From assembly GCA_000320545.1 (NCBI GenBank), contig ADNK01001472.1, positions 28,382-92,381 on the forward strand: a stretch of DNA of 64,000 nucleotides. Reading direction: 5' to 3'. Under the pieces are notes generated by a model. The model did no database searches, had not been told where the DNA came from, and was given only the letters and a program-made list of their open reading frames with translations. A program made the translations under genes and the position numbers. Each line of letters starts with the position of its first letter. Within the stretch, counting starts at the first letter, position 1. The stretch is from Bigelowiella natans CCMP2755 (Eukaryota > Protista > Cercozoa). Positions 12,654-26,577 of the stretch are shown in pieces.

Positions 12654-13800
12654 ATGGATAAACTCTCAGGGAAGCCTTTGGAATGCGCAATCAAGGAAGC
12701 TCTCAAAGACCCGGATAGATTCAATTATGGAGATCTATTAACATATGATAACATCGTTCAGGTGTGCAACCATTATTTCATCACCATTTCTGTTCGTAAA
12801 AACTACTTTGAATAGCTTTCAAAGGATCCTGGGACTGTGGGCTGGTTCAATCTTGTGAAAATATTTGCGCATGGAACACTAGCCGACTATAAAGGTATGG
12901 TGACAAAAATGGACTGTTCATGAAGGTTTCTGACTTTCACTTTTACAGCCAAAATAAACGAATTACCAGAGCTTTCCGAATCCCATTTAGCGAAATTGAA
13001 GTACTTAACGATACTGTCTCTGGCCTCTCAGTCGAAGGTGAAGTGTCTGGATTTGTTGATATTTCCCGTCTCAGTGCTACTCTAACTCCGTGCAGACTCT
13101 TCTATACGACAAACTTAAGGAGCAGCTTGACGCCAAAACAGTAGAAGAAGTCGAGGATTTGCTGACAGATTGTATCCGAAAGAATCTTTTGAGGGGAAAG
13201 CACAACCCAAAAGCGAATGTGAGTTTGAAATGTGGTGATGTTTATTGTGTGAACACAACTTCATATATACTGTCATTTATTGCAGGAATTTATGGTCGAG
13301 TTTTCGGAAGGCAGAGATATATCGAAAGAAGATCTCGACGATATGGCGGCGCAATTGACCTCATGGTCGGATAATTTGATGATATTCCCAGCAAGCATAT
13401 AATATGTTTTGTCTTAACAATGTTTATCTGTCTACCCGCAGGCTTAGTGTATCCAAAGAGGCATTAGTAATGTTAGAAAAGAAAATTAAGGAGACCAAAC
13501 AATTCCATCAACTACAGGTAGTAGTAGTAGTAAGAGTAGTAGTAGTAGTTGTAATAGGTGAAATATGATTTTGTAGCAGCGTTGAGTCATCATCACATAT
13601 TGACATTGTTCTTTGGCAGACAAAAAGAAGTAATGATCTTGCACAAACAAAGGAAAAGGTGTGCAGAATAGTGTATGAGATTAATATACATTCTCAGCGA
13701 TCCAATAAAATCAACTTAGGTAAAGAAAATGCTAGAAGCGAAACAGGGCAATCAACAAGGAAGGCTGCGCAAAAAGTTAGAGACGAACTATGGGATTTAA
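12654..13800 (+). CDS. COPS7: COP9 signalosome subunit 7 (PCI domain); ~8 short exons
   Basis: Spliced product reads AIKEALKDPDRFNYGDLL / LVKIFAHGTLADYK / LPELSESHLAKLKYLTILSLA / LLYDKLKEQLDAKTVEEVEDLLTDCI..LLRGK / VEFSEGRDI..LTSW, typical of CSN7. Start may lie slightly upstream. Confidence 0.85.
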
Positions 13801-14567
13801 CCCGTTGCCATGTACAGCGAGCACTTTGCTAAAAGCGATGATGTCACGGTCTAGCGGCGGGTCTTTCTTTGATGGAACTAGCATGTGCAAGTTGTTGTGG
13901 TCAAGTTTACCAGAAAACGCACATTTTCTATGACTAGTATCAAATTTAATGAGACCTGTGGAAGGGAAGAAGTAGCAAGATGAATGTATCTGTAAAATTT
14001 TCGCGACATATATCCTCTAGACACATCTAATGCTGTGAAGCACATACTGTGTCTTTTGTCTGGCCATGTACAGCTACAGCTACTTGCGGAATATCTGATG
14101 TAGCGAGCTTTCGGTGTTCATAGCATTTACACTCTCATTGAGACCATGACTAGCTAGCTATAGCTCTAGAGCTTGGCTTGGGCGCTAATCTCTAGCTAGA
14201 TCTAGTAATAGCTAGGTAGTAGCAATGGGCTAGATGGCCTGCGAGAGGCATAACATGCACCAGTGCATGAGATGCATGTGCGCAAGAATAGCACCTTTCA
14301 TTTCCTCAAAGTTAACTGTTAAACGCGCCATATCGATATGCGTGCGCATATCATTCATTGTGCTAGCTAGCTAGTGCGTATATGATGACCATGCTACAAC
14401 TCAACTTCTAGACTTAATAAATATCTTATGATACTTATTGTTTGTACATGTTATACGTAAAATTATTATCCACAGCCTTTGCATTGTTGCGGAATACATA
14501 ATTCGGTCGCATGTAAGCATGCACATGTTGACATAGGACATCACAATGGAAACAAGCATGTACAATG

Positions 14568-14722
14568 TAAGCGCTGTAACCGGAGTTTTGCATAGCTACA
14601 TGAGGATGGCAATTGATATTAACATATTCATTACATCTGTCTCATATGTGTATGTCGATAACAGCTACATAATTAGGATGACAATTGAAAATATTTAATC
14701 ACTTCATTACATCCGTCTCATA
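14568..14722. repeat. Dispersed ~80-bp element R2, two tandem copies (14568-14650, 14661-14722)
   Basis: AGCTACAT..AGGATG.CAATTGA...TTCATTACATC(T/C)GTCTCATA; also present at 36917-36998 and 48725-48792. Confidence 0.8.
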
Positions 14723-14946
14723 CAGTAATGACATGTCTCGGTGCGATGTTTTGCACTGCGTCAATGCTGCTGTGCTTGTGTCAACGGTGGAATCAGCTTT
14801 TGTCGTAGGTTGTGAATACTCGAAGTTAGGAATTGCAGTAGGTTAAATAGAACCAGTGAAATGTTTCAAGTATATCCGAACATACTCCTCCTGGAGGCAA
14901 GGTGTCATACTCGAGAGTAGATGCCAGTAGATGCTAGATTTGGTAC

Positions 14947-16429
14947 TTAAACATATTTTGTAAGTACTTCATGGATTCGTTGGGAAGCTGACAGGAGGTC
15001 AACTGCTCTCACCCTGGTTTTCTCGTCTTCTAAACCGAGGACACTTACACAGGGACTCCCAGCAGGGATGTGATCATCCTCATTATCGATGGTGGGATTG
15101 CAAGTCAGATCATCTACGAACGAAGCAACCACACCTTCTTTGTTTGTGGTACGACTGCTACGGCTGCTGCTCCGTTTTTCCCGGTTTGGCGAAGTACCTG
15201 GCGGTAGGGGCATGCGCGTCATTATAATATTCTTGCCAAATCTGCCGCTGTTTTTGTTTTGTGCAAGAAATGCGTTTCTTGGAGGGGTTCCTGGTGGATC
15301 CACACTGTTGCTGTCATCTTCGTGGAGAGGGTCTTCTTCTTTACGGTCAATTATCTCCACTAATCCAAGAGTTTGTAGCTTACGAACAGCCTAAGGACAC
15401 GATGATGATGATGAGCAGCATCAAGTTAATAATCACAAGCATGCTGAGCGAAAGAAGCTGATAAATCGATTAATTGATGTACCTACCGTGTGCACATCAA
15501 TCTCGATACAGCAGCTACGATTCCTGGTTTTGCGATGATGACGGTAGGGGCCATTACTGTGGCGGCACATGTGATCATCACCGTCGTCTAAAAATCTCTG
15601 ATATCCAATCCAAACACAGTACCTCAAACAGACGATAGTGAATGAAGTACAACATCAGCAGTAGAAACAACCTCTCCCCTTTGCCATAGAGTGTTGTTGT
15701 TGTCTAACTGTATCATCATCATCATCATCATCATCATATGGGGATGCATAATGAAGAAAATATATCATGGTTGAGTCCACGGGAAGCAGCATTACCGCTC
15801 TCTACCTTGCACATTCTCGCAACAGCGCTGTATTGGAACGATCTATTACAAGAAGTTGGGTCAAGCGCCCTTCCACCTTGTCTCCACAACATGGAGTATA
15901 CCAACGCCAATTGCATCACCTTGAGGAGGGGGAGGAGGAGGAGTGGATAGTAGAGGTAGTAGGTTGGAGAATGTTAGATTTACTGCAGCAGTAACTAGAG
16001 GCTTCAAATAAACAATGGCAGCTAGCAGACGACGTACACAAGACTTAACGCAAGTGCAAAGTAATGGTGACCTGCTGCTCTTTAGCTGCTCGTGATATGT
16101 GTGAGAGCTCTGCAACTTGATTAGATCTGGTAGACTTTGTGTGACCTGTCAAGAATGCCTCCGCCCTTCGCCTTGATAGATTAGTCCTGTTTATTGTTGA
16201 TAGTAGCAACACCGGGTGGAAGGAATGCCTTCATTCTTCGCTTTCATAACAGTTTCCATATGGGTAACAGACAGCATCATCATCAAGAAAAATAATAACC
16301 ACGTGGATTTCACCATCGATCACTGATTGTCGATTCAAGTGCGAGGTGTATTCATTTTCATTATCTTCTTCTTCTTCTTCTTCCTCTTCTCTATTTTTGT
16401 TCTCCTTACTATCACTGCTACTACTACTG

Positions 16430-16462
<33 letters not shown>

Positions 16463-16718
16463 TAGATAGTGCATGAAGACTCTGCGGAAGATGTAAAACA
16501 GAAGAGAGGTGACCATTGGCCTCTGAACTAGGACCTGTACAGCAATGAGCAACAGCAATGAGCAACAGCAATGAGCAACAGCAATGAGCAACAGCAATGA
16601 GCAACAGCAATGAGCAACAGCAATGAGCAATCAGAAGTCGTTGCTATGTAGTTATTTTGTTAGACATCATCACATCATCATCTCATCAACTGTAGTCATT
16701 TTGTTAGACATCATCACG

Positions 16719-16751
<33 letters not shown>

Positions 16752-17345
16752 ACCACCCCAAAAGTGAAGGAGAGGACGAAGATTCCGTTCAGAGCTAAGA
16801 TTATGTAGTCTGCCCATGAATGTGAGACCTAACAATTCATAAGAAACGATATTGAGGACATATCACCTCTCATGCTTACACCATCGCCCCCATCATTGTC
16901 CATTCATTACAATCTTTCGTGGGCATGAGTAACCATGATGCTGTGATGTGAATCATCAATACGCAAACACGATGATACACTCCTACGCGCGTGCACTGGT
17001 AGAAATTATAAGCTATACTTTAAGGGGCAGTACTGCCTCCAAGTCTGCAAGGGCAAGACTGTTGTGACGAATAATATCAATCTCCTGATAAACATAACAA
17101 AATAGTAGTAGTAGTAGTAGTAGTAGTAGTTGTAGCAGTAGTGGTAGAATAAGGGTGTAGGACGTATAAAGGTATTATTTCTAATATTAGTAGAAGCAGT
17201 GGTAGAGTTATTGTTTATTCACGGTGGTGCTCTCAAGTGAGTTACTTGCGTACGTACTTACTTTTGTACTCTTAGGCCGAGAGATCGTCACTACTTCATC
17301 AAAACAGACTTCCTAATTGTTAGACAGTAGAGCATCATACGAGAT

Positions 17346-17397
<52 letters not shown>

Positions 17398-17728
17398 GTA
17401 TATGAAATATATTAGTAGGATAGAGGGAGAGAGTGGGGAGAGGGGCGGGATGAAAAGCAGCATGAGCAGTATAGTAAGTAGGCGCTTTTTAGGTCGCTTC
17501 TTCGTTATTATGACATCGGCAGAGCTTCTCCTTCTTCTTCTTCTTCTTCTTCTTCTACTACTACTACTACCTCGAGATGTGATTCCCTGAAAAGAGACAT
17601 GAGCCCATGCTCTTTCACATCATCTTTATTATCAAACATATACATTCTTAGAGAAATAACCAACCTCCATTCACTAACAATGAGCGCACACGTAAACTCC
17701 TTTTCCTATGTACCATGTAATATGCGTG

Positions 17729-17769
<41 letters not shown>

Positions 17770-18182
17770 ATACAGTTACCTTGTATAGTACGACGATTAT
17801 ATAGACCTGGAACATCACCCGGTACAGAGACCGCAGTAGGTTTTGGAAAGGAGGGAGACGGAGATGAAGAAGAAACCCGCTCCTCCTCCTCCCTTTTATT
17901 ATCACTATTACTACCAGCTAAGGACACTGATGAAAGCTTATTTGTGAACCCCTCTCTTCCCTGGAAATAGAACGAATGTTAGAAGCATACCACCATGGAT
18001 AACAAATGAATGAATGAATGAAAGAATCATCGTCATCTTCATAATCATCGCTACTTTGTAAAGAAAGGAGAGGCCAGAAAGACTCCCAGTCAGCTTCCTG
18101 AATAAGAGATCAGCCTTTTCTCGTAAATAGAAGCCGCTCTCTCGATGGATATGAACCCCTGTGCGGATGATGCCAATGATGG

Positions 18183-18213
<31 letters not shown>

Positions 18214-18850
18214 AATGATGAAAATAAATACTCAAAAGATGTGATGATTATTTATAATGATTGAAGCCTCGCCGTGGAGAGAAAGAGGGGATCCGAATAA
18301 TAGAACAGGGGAAGGAGAGAAGACGAACCTCTCCAAAATATAAAGCAATATCGTGCGAATTCAGGGACTTGTTGCTCTTTATCATCATCATTATGATCAG
18401 TATCTGTTCTTCCTTGTTCTTTGCCATCATCTTCGCTATCATCACCAACAACACACCGATGATTTTCAAGTCGTCCTCTATCCTCTTCAGCCCTTTCCCC
18501 GCCTCTGCTTCTCTGATTCTCTTCTTCTTCTTCTTCCTCCTCCTCCTCGTCCACATCTGGCTTGGTTTGATATGGGAACGCTTCGTGGTCTAAAGTCGCT
18601 GTGGTTCCCTCCCTTTTTATAATACGACGATTGAGCTGCTGCTGCAGCAGGAGGTATCTTGACAGAAAGTCCCCATCCAACTGAGACCATTCTACCTCTG
18701 GGTAAGTAAGTAAATAAGTACATATATACATACATAAGTACATACATATGTATTTATATAATAGCTCACCATTTGGCAAATAACCACTAATATCTATTGA
18801 ACAATTGATTGAGTGACGGAACAAGGAGAATATCATCGTATTGGGAGTAG

Positions 18851-18881
<31 letters not shown>

Positions 18882-19244
18882 CACTATAATGTCATGCTAG
18901 AAATACTACTATTATCCGTATTTTCGTGGAACTACCAGCCTTCAGAGTGAATTTGAAGCTGGTAATGAAAGCAGCACATAGATTAGATCAAACGGCATTA
19001 GTAGTTGTTTCTCATAGCACAATCCAAGAGCACACATCCCCATCAAAATTATAGCGTGAGATAGAATGGAAAGCAAACCATAATGGTGTGTAATCATCAT
19101 CGTTTCTCTCTGTATTCTTGTATATGTGCATGTGTGAATGATGACGACGCACAAGACAACCATCTATGAACCTTTGTTCCCTCGCAAATCTCATAAACCC
19201 CGAAGAAAGAGGCCTACCGGAGAGTTCAACTTAAAAACCGTGAC

Positions 19245-19277
<33 letters not shown>

Positions 19278-20037
19278 TAGGGTAAGTGTACACAATCGTA
19301 TTCTGCCATAAAATTAATGAATTATTTCCACTAAATGCAACGTCGTAATAACGGCTATGTTAACTTATGATACATGCACGTACACGAAGTTCGCATCATC
19401 AAGAATATTGACGAGATGCTGGACAAACTCATCTTCCACTTCCTCTTGCACAATCTTCCTTCTCATCAACGATAGCGACGAAGACGTGGATGATGGCAAT
19501 TCTTCGCATATTCCTCCTGTACAAGAATATAGTGAGATCGTCAGTGGTCAATCAGCAACTGCCAATGGAAACAATACAACAAGTTCATTCGTCCTTGTCC
19601 CTCTAAACTACGGTTGGTGCTGCAGCAGATAGCAGCACATATGACAACATTGGAAATATACTACTCCTACTACCCGAAGAAGGGGGGGCAAAGTTTTTAT
19701 CGTAAATTGAGCAGATTCTCTTTGTGCGCTCCTGAAAATCACGACACGGAGGTTATTGACGATGTTGTTCACATTGTTGTTTTATTTGATACAGCTATCA
19801 TCCTTAGGAGGTTATTGACGATGATGTTCACATTGTCGTTTTATTTGATACAGCTATCCTTAGGCAGCTCATAATATAATGTTATCGCTGTGATTGTGAT
19901 GAGCGTTTATAGCAATAGTTGCAGAAGTAAATACCTCTTGGACGATGAGATAGTAGAGATTCAGTCTTTTCACCATGTCACTTAAGAGAACCTAATTAGC
20001 CACCAGATTTGTGTATATTATAAGCACACACACACAG

Positions 20038-20093
<56 letters not shown>

Positions 20094-20510
20094 ATAGCTA
20101 CCTATCTAACCACCCTCAGTACCACTACCACTAACACTACCATGGCTTAACATTCTTAGATAATCTGATGAGGCGGTCCTCCCTTATAACGACGACCTTC
20201 TCTAGCTTTGACTGACCAAGTCTTACAATACGTTTAAGGAACATAGGCTGCGTGCTGTGAATGTATCTACTGGATCCTATGAAGATATGCGAGCTAAGAA
20301 AAATGAAGAGGAGGAGAAGGAATAGCAGGAGGAGGAGGAGAACAAAAATTAAATAAGCATGAGTACGGTATGTTTTGGAACGACTAACCATATTAACCAA
20401 GATCTGCTGCTGCTGCTGCTGCTACTACTACTACTACTAATATTACTTACTACTACTACTACTACTACTACTACTTACTACTACTACTACTACTACTACT
20501 ACTTACTACT

Positions 20511-20542
<32 letters not shown>

Positions 20543-20577
20543 ACTACTACTTACTACTACTACTTACTACTACTACT

Positions 20578-20609
<32 letters not shown>

Positions 20610-20841
20610 ACTACTACTTACTACTACTACTTACTACTACTTACTACTACTACTACTTACTACTACTACTCCTGTTGACGGTGCTACTGCTATTGTCGCG
20701 TATGCAGTGAGAATACCCCGTAGCAAAGTTTCTTCTGCCAGGTCTTGCTTTATTACCGAAATAATCGGCTTCAATTACATTACCCCCTTCTACTTCCTCT
20801 CCCTCTTTTCCAGCTGATCTTCCATCACTGACCGACAGATT

Positions 20842-20885
<44 letters not shown>

Positions 20886-21678
20886 GCTACAACCATGATG
20901 ATCTGCAGCGAAATTCGAGTTTGAATGTAGTTATGAAATCATCGACTACTCCCGATTCACTTACCCTTCTCTATCCGTAAGAATGCCGCTGTAGAATCCG
21001 TCATCATTGTAGTTATTGGCCTCCTCATCGTCAAAATAGGAAGCATTTACTGAGTTCTCATCATCATCCCAGTTGCTATTATAGCTTTCACTTTCGTGGC
21101 GGCTGACGATGGTTGGAGAAACGTCTTTTGTATCACCAAACTCGCCATCTTCTTCGCCGAAACTACTTTCCATTCTTCTCATCAAATCGATCAGAGATGT
21201 AGCTCCTCTAGGAAGGGAAATTGTCTTGTATTTGTTCGATATGACAAACTCTCGTGCCAGCTTATGGTCATCTCCATCACGACGTCGTTGTCGTCGTCGT
21301 CGACGAATACGACGATCTCGATCGCCTCGCAGAGTTCGCTTGCGTTCATTATTTACACTAGTCATGTTTTTCGAAACAAAATCTATAATGGAGAAATCCT
21401 ACGATCGACGAAAGGAAAATACTGCAATCGATGATGATGTGCAAACAAGGACGGACGGTGGAAGCAAAGATTCGCAACAGACGATGATTGGACAATGAAA
21501 GACGATTGATTGCGCCAAAATGTTCGCAGAAGTCGGGAAGACTTACTTCACCTGCGCCAAAACGGCAGAGCTCATGGGCATTGGAAGCAAACGTTTTGTT
21601 GTTGTCTGTGCGGCCAACCATACTCTTGGTTGAGGGGAGCGTGCTACCCTGTATTAGTGCACATCGTGACGTAGACAT
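14947..21678 (-). CDS. DUF3754/TMEM143-like protein; many exons separated by microsatellite-rich introns
   Basis: Exons EDEFVQHLVNILDDANF, VEWSQLDGDFLSRYL, VPEFARYCFIFWRG / VHIHRESGFYLREKADLLF, EVCFDEVVTISR, IDIIRHNSLALADLEAVLPLK and IDVHT / AVRKLQTLGLV follow the motif order recalled for plant/algal DUF3754 proteins. Start at 21678 or 21365. Confidence 0.75.
16539..16630. repeat. 13-bp minisatellite (ACAGCAATGAGCA) x7, intronic
   Basis: Perfect tandem array read directly from the sequence. Confidence 0.95.
20404..20670. repeat. Compound (CTG)n/(TAC)n/(TTAC) microsatellite, ~270 bp
   Basis: Read directly; it produces the spurious poly-L/T/Y ORF 20359-20817. Confidence 0.95.
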
Positions 21679-23035
21679 GCGAACGGCATCGGATGTCCAA
21701 AGATGCTTGGCGTTTACAAATTCACCCCAAATTCATGGTGCGACTTCATTTCTAGTGATTTCTGAAGTAAAAATCACCTACAAGCACCGTTCCTAACGTT
21801 CTTTGCCCGGATTCTAGTTTGCAAATGAAAAATTCCATGGAATTTTAAGTACAAGATCACCATGGATCACTTGTTTCCTGGAAGGCAGCAGCAGCAGAAC
21901 CACAAGAAATTTCTGGAAATTTTCGAGAAATGGAAATAGTAATAGTATCATAATAGTTGCAAAAATGTATTCCATTTTCATGCTAAGACATACAGAATAT
22001 CATAGGTTTATCTGTAGCCTCCTTCTTTCTTCCTTCCTTCCATCATCATTTATATTATGTACTTGTAGCAGCAGCAAGGACAGAAAGAAGAAGAACACAG
22101 GAAGAACCATCCAAAACTCAAAAGGAGGAGGAGGAGGAGGAGATCTCCTTAGGTGATGCACTCCGTCTCATCTTAGCTCGATCCCCCCAACCCCCCCCCC
22201 CCCCTCCTTCGCCATCAAAATTTTGATGGCACCGTTTTGATCGCAGATCTACGGCAATGACACCAAGTCACTTTATGGACAAACTCATTGGTCGAAGTGT
22301 TCAAATTCTTGGGACCCGTCGGAGCATTCTGTTTGCAGTACCAAGCGCAATATCGAAGCATTAAACCAGGTTAAATCCAAGATTGTAAAACCGCAGTAGT
22401 TCCAGCGTCAGGAGAGTAGGAACAAAGCGGGGTTGCTCTTTGTCAATGGGCAGTCTCTGGATTGATGTTTCTTTCAGGATCAAGATAGAACTTGGAGACA
22501 ATGATCGAAATTCTGCTGTTCGGTGCTCGAGGCAAATACTTGGTACGACCTTTCTTAGTGGGAACATCTTGTAGTTTCTCAGATCAAGGATCGACTCAGT
22601 ACCAAAATTCTCATTGACTGATTTCTCAAATTATCGACCACCGGGAGCCAATACTACCCCCTTGCTAGCTTGGTAAAATTTTGTGTCATCTCCACCTTCG
22701 CTGCATTCAAGATGTTAGGCTCGCCGCGCTTGAAGGGTTTTCTCTTGGTCCAATGACAACTGGGATGATGATCATCTCTTGGTCCACCCTGTGACAACTA
22801 GGAAGATGTTAGTCAGCATGCAGTCTTTGCAAGTAGTATTTTTCGCCATTTCCCGAGCACTCTGTTAGAATTACAACGGTGTGGAGTCTCAATAAGATCG
22901 AAGTACATCGGAGGCAAGTTAATTTGGTACTAACTCTCTTGTGGGAACAAAATTTAGTGGTTTCTCTGATTGAGGGTCGACTCAGTGCGATGTGATGTTC
23001 CTCGACCAGTAATTAATTTCTCTATGGATCAATTT

Positions 23036-23475
23036 GGAAGTGGTATTGTTTTCGTGCACTCAGTGTTCAGTCAGAATCACAAGGAGTCGTACAAAATCGA
23101 AATGTCTAGGATGACAAAAACATTTTCGCAAAAACTTGTTGGGAACGATCTACATGGTTGGTCCATCCTGTGGCATACGGAACGATGATTAGCATACAGT
23201 ATGTGGTACCTCAAAGTGGCATTTTTCGCATTGCACTGAGTATTCTGTCAGAACTACAAACGGACGGTAAAAAATTTCGCGTCAACCAGGACGACGGTTG
23301 GCATGCAGTATATGGTACCTCCCAAGCGGCATTTTTTGCTTTGCGCTGAGTATTCTGTCAGAACCACGGCCAGTACAAAATTTCGCGTCGACAAGTAAGG
23401 TGATGATTGGCTGCAGTTTGTGGTACCTTCAAGTCGCATTTTCGCGTTGTGCTGAGTTTTCTTCCAGAATCATGA
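23036..23475. repeat. Degenerate ~109-bp tandem repeat (3 copies plus an upstream partial), each full copy containing GGTACC
   Basis: GGTACC at 23205, 23314 and 23422; shared CAGTATGTGGTACCTC..GGCATTTTT..GCTGAGTATTCTGTCAGAA. Confidence 0.85.
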
Positions 23476-24294
23476 TGGGGATCGAGTTTGAAAGTTGAGG
23501 TATGCATGGGAAGGAAATGTCGTTTTGCTGGTGTGAACTTTTTCTTGTAGTTTAATTTGGACGGCACTTCCCAGCTTCTCAGATCATTGTACGTAGGACA
23601 ATTCACATGCAGTTGTGGCGAACTGGCAAGTAGCTTCACTGTTTTTGTGTTTCTCAACTAAACAACGGTGATGGATGTAACCTGAAAACACCGTCTTGAA
23701 CGGTACATCCGATTTCTTAGTCTGGTGACCGAATGTAGAGGTTCAATTCCTCTTTGAGAATTTGAGGCTAATGCTGTTGCTAGCTAGCTAGGTTAGCACA
23801 AATACATGCACAATGCATGAATGAATCAGATATCGATCCCGCACATTAATTTTGCGATGGAACCCATCTGCTAGCTTGTCATTTGATCTTCTTCATGTTG
23901 CCTAGCTGTGAAGCGTGACGTGCGATAGCATCTTGAGCACTAGAGCAGTCCATAGTCTAGCATGGTGTTAGTGCTAGCTAGCTAGCAGCTAGACTAGTTA
24001 TAGTAGAGTGCACTGCATGTGCATGCGATGACAACAAAAACAACATTCACATTTACTGGACAGCAAACAATTTGTGATGGATGTAACAAGCTAATGTACT
24101 AGTAGACAGATAAGCAAGCATGGCACGCCACGCATGCATTTGCTGCTTCGCATCTCTGCAAATCTCAACAAACATCAGACGAACTAATTTCAACATCTAG
24201 ACAGGAAAACTACACAAATTTAGTAGATGTTATTGTTATGGCCCTTCTAGCCTTGCTAGCTTGACTGTCTGCAATCGCACAGTCTAGCAGTGCT

Positions 24295-26522
24295 TTAATT
24301 CGTGCTCTTATTTTGAACTCTCCCGCTACGACTTTGCCTCGCCTTTGCAGTTTTCTCAACCTTGATGTATGTAGTGGAAACACACATCACCGCGCATGTC
24401 TTGTATTCAGTAAACTACTCATGGAGAAAACTTACGTAAATCTTAATCAGTCGGCGCTGGCTGTCCTTCAAGCCCGACAGATGCTCCATGTATGAAGGCT
24501 TATTTTATAAAAAGCGAAGATAAGTTATGATTTTGGCGTGTAGGTAGGTGTATTTTGATGCTGTGATTTATGCAATGTGTAACAAGATTGTTTGAGGGAA
24601 AATCACTGCACTATAAATACCCCTGCCACAGCATGCATTGCTACGAAACATTGAATCACGGATTGCCGGACCTGATGTTAAAGGAAGGATTGACTAACCA
24701 ATAAAAATTGAAGCAATTCCGTTATTATAGTCAGAACTACTTCATAAACCATGGTGTAGCTGTATCCTATTCACTCATGGAGATGCCACACATTTTGTAT
24801 ACACAAATATATACATATACATATTTCTCATATGCACATCTGTACGCATAAATAAATAGTTCAACATTCCAATCGTAGTATATATATCATCATGAAATCA
24901 GACACTACTCATAATGCACGCTCTTCCTTCGCAACAGTTTCATCCATCCACAGCAAAGATGGTCATATGTCATGATTACTACCATAACATTGGCGTGGTT
25001 GAGACATTTGACGAGAGGTGGTGTAATTCTGTCAATATACTCAGCAAGTTGTAGCTTTTCCATTCGAAGCATTAAGGTTGCAAGACACTTGAGACTTATA
25101 CGAATCATGATTATGCCTGTGTAGCGAACGAAGAACCACCAAAAGATTCTTAAAATGATAGAATAAATAGAGTGGTTAGCAGAGACAAGTTTGGACCATA
25201 GCTGCAGTAGTATTATTGGGTAATATGGCCTCAATAATATTCAATCAAATGATCAATCCACCTTCTTACAAATACGAACCTCTTTGGGAAGGAGGCCTTG
25301 CATTGTTGCCACTACTCAATTCTGTGTCGACGCGGGTAACAAAAATTGCGAACATCTACCGATTATAATACCGTACAAAAAAGATAGATATAAGTAAACA
25401 CAAAAATAAATGTTGATGATTATAATGATCTATCATAATGGTGATGGCGACAAGGAACATTGTGGCAAGTGTCATTACATTGTCTGGGATTGCAGTCGTG
25501 GAGACTAAATCAAGCGCCTGAAATATAGTGGAAAAGAGGTGCAAAATAGCAAAATTATTAATGAGTATTCTTAGCAAAAAAGATGCATGTTAAAAATTCT
25601 ATGCGTGAACATTTTAGTAAATACTCATATCACCATCATGATCCACACCTCACCATTATTATGACCAACAATAGCATCATAAATACGCCGGCTGCATTAG
25701 TAAACTGTTATTTTCACTGCAACTATTATTATTATCATTGTTATTATTATTAATACTACTATCAGCACATGTACATAACCTGTTCAACAAGTCTGAGCGC
25801 AGGTTGCAAGGGATGTTTAGGGTCTCGCAGTGTTTCTAGGAGAGAGAGAGTAAGAAGTTCTATATGAACATAGTCGGAGAACCGCCGAGGAAACTTCTTG
25901 AGAATGGTAACGATAACCTGTGGTAGTGGTAGTGGTAGTGGTGATGGTGGCAGCAATAATATTAAAAGGTGAGCCAACGAGCATTTCACGAAATCATTAA
26001 CCCACCGATACATGATGATGGTGATGGATGCTACACATGGGATGATCCATCTCATACTACAACTACTACTACAACTACCGCTGATGCTGCTACCACCATC
26101 ATCACAACCACTAAATACGATGACAACCATATATATACTTCTATGAATTTTGCATTTTTTTAAAAAATATGAAAGCAATCACCGTGAGAGCTACAGCGAC
26201 AACTCCGGAGTCATCGTTCTCGCAAGATTCCAAAAGACCTAATAATAATAATAATAATAATAATAATAGCAACAGATGAAATTATGGGTAAGATGAAAGT
26301 AGCAGCAGCAGCAAGTCTACTGTTTCGATAAATTTTAGTTATGTGCGGTGGTGATGATGACGATTTTGTCATTATCTATGGCGACCTAGAAACAAGTTGT
26401 CAAACTCATCCCCTTCCCATATTGAACCCGATTGTCGCGACAACCATGCTAAAGTTTCAATGGCCTCCAGTCTGCTTCTGGATTAATTGACAGAATAACA
26501 AGTCACCATTCTGAAATTTTAA

Positions 26523-26577
<55 letters not shown>

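Noticed and set aside
14568-14722. R2 as a SECIS element
   Set aside because: AUGA is present, but no convincing GA quartet or apical AA geometry was found, and no in-frame UGA was identified in the adjacent genes.
20359-20817. Homopolymer-rich ORFs (poly-L/T/Y, RERE, CVCV, HTHT) across the window
   Set aside because: These are translations of intronic microsatellites, mostly antisense to or inside real genes.
23180-23475. CRISPR-like array
   Set aside because: Whole units are homologous with no unique spacers, there are no cas genes, and the context is eukaryotic.
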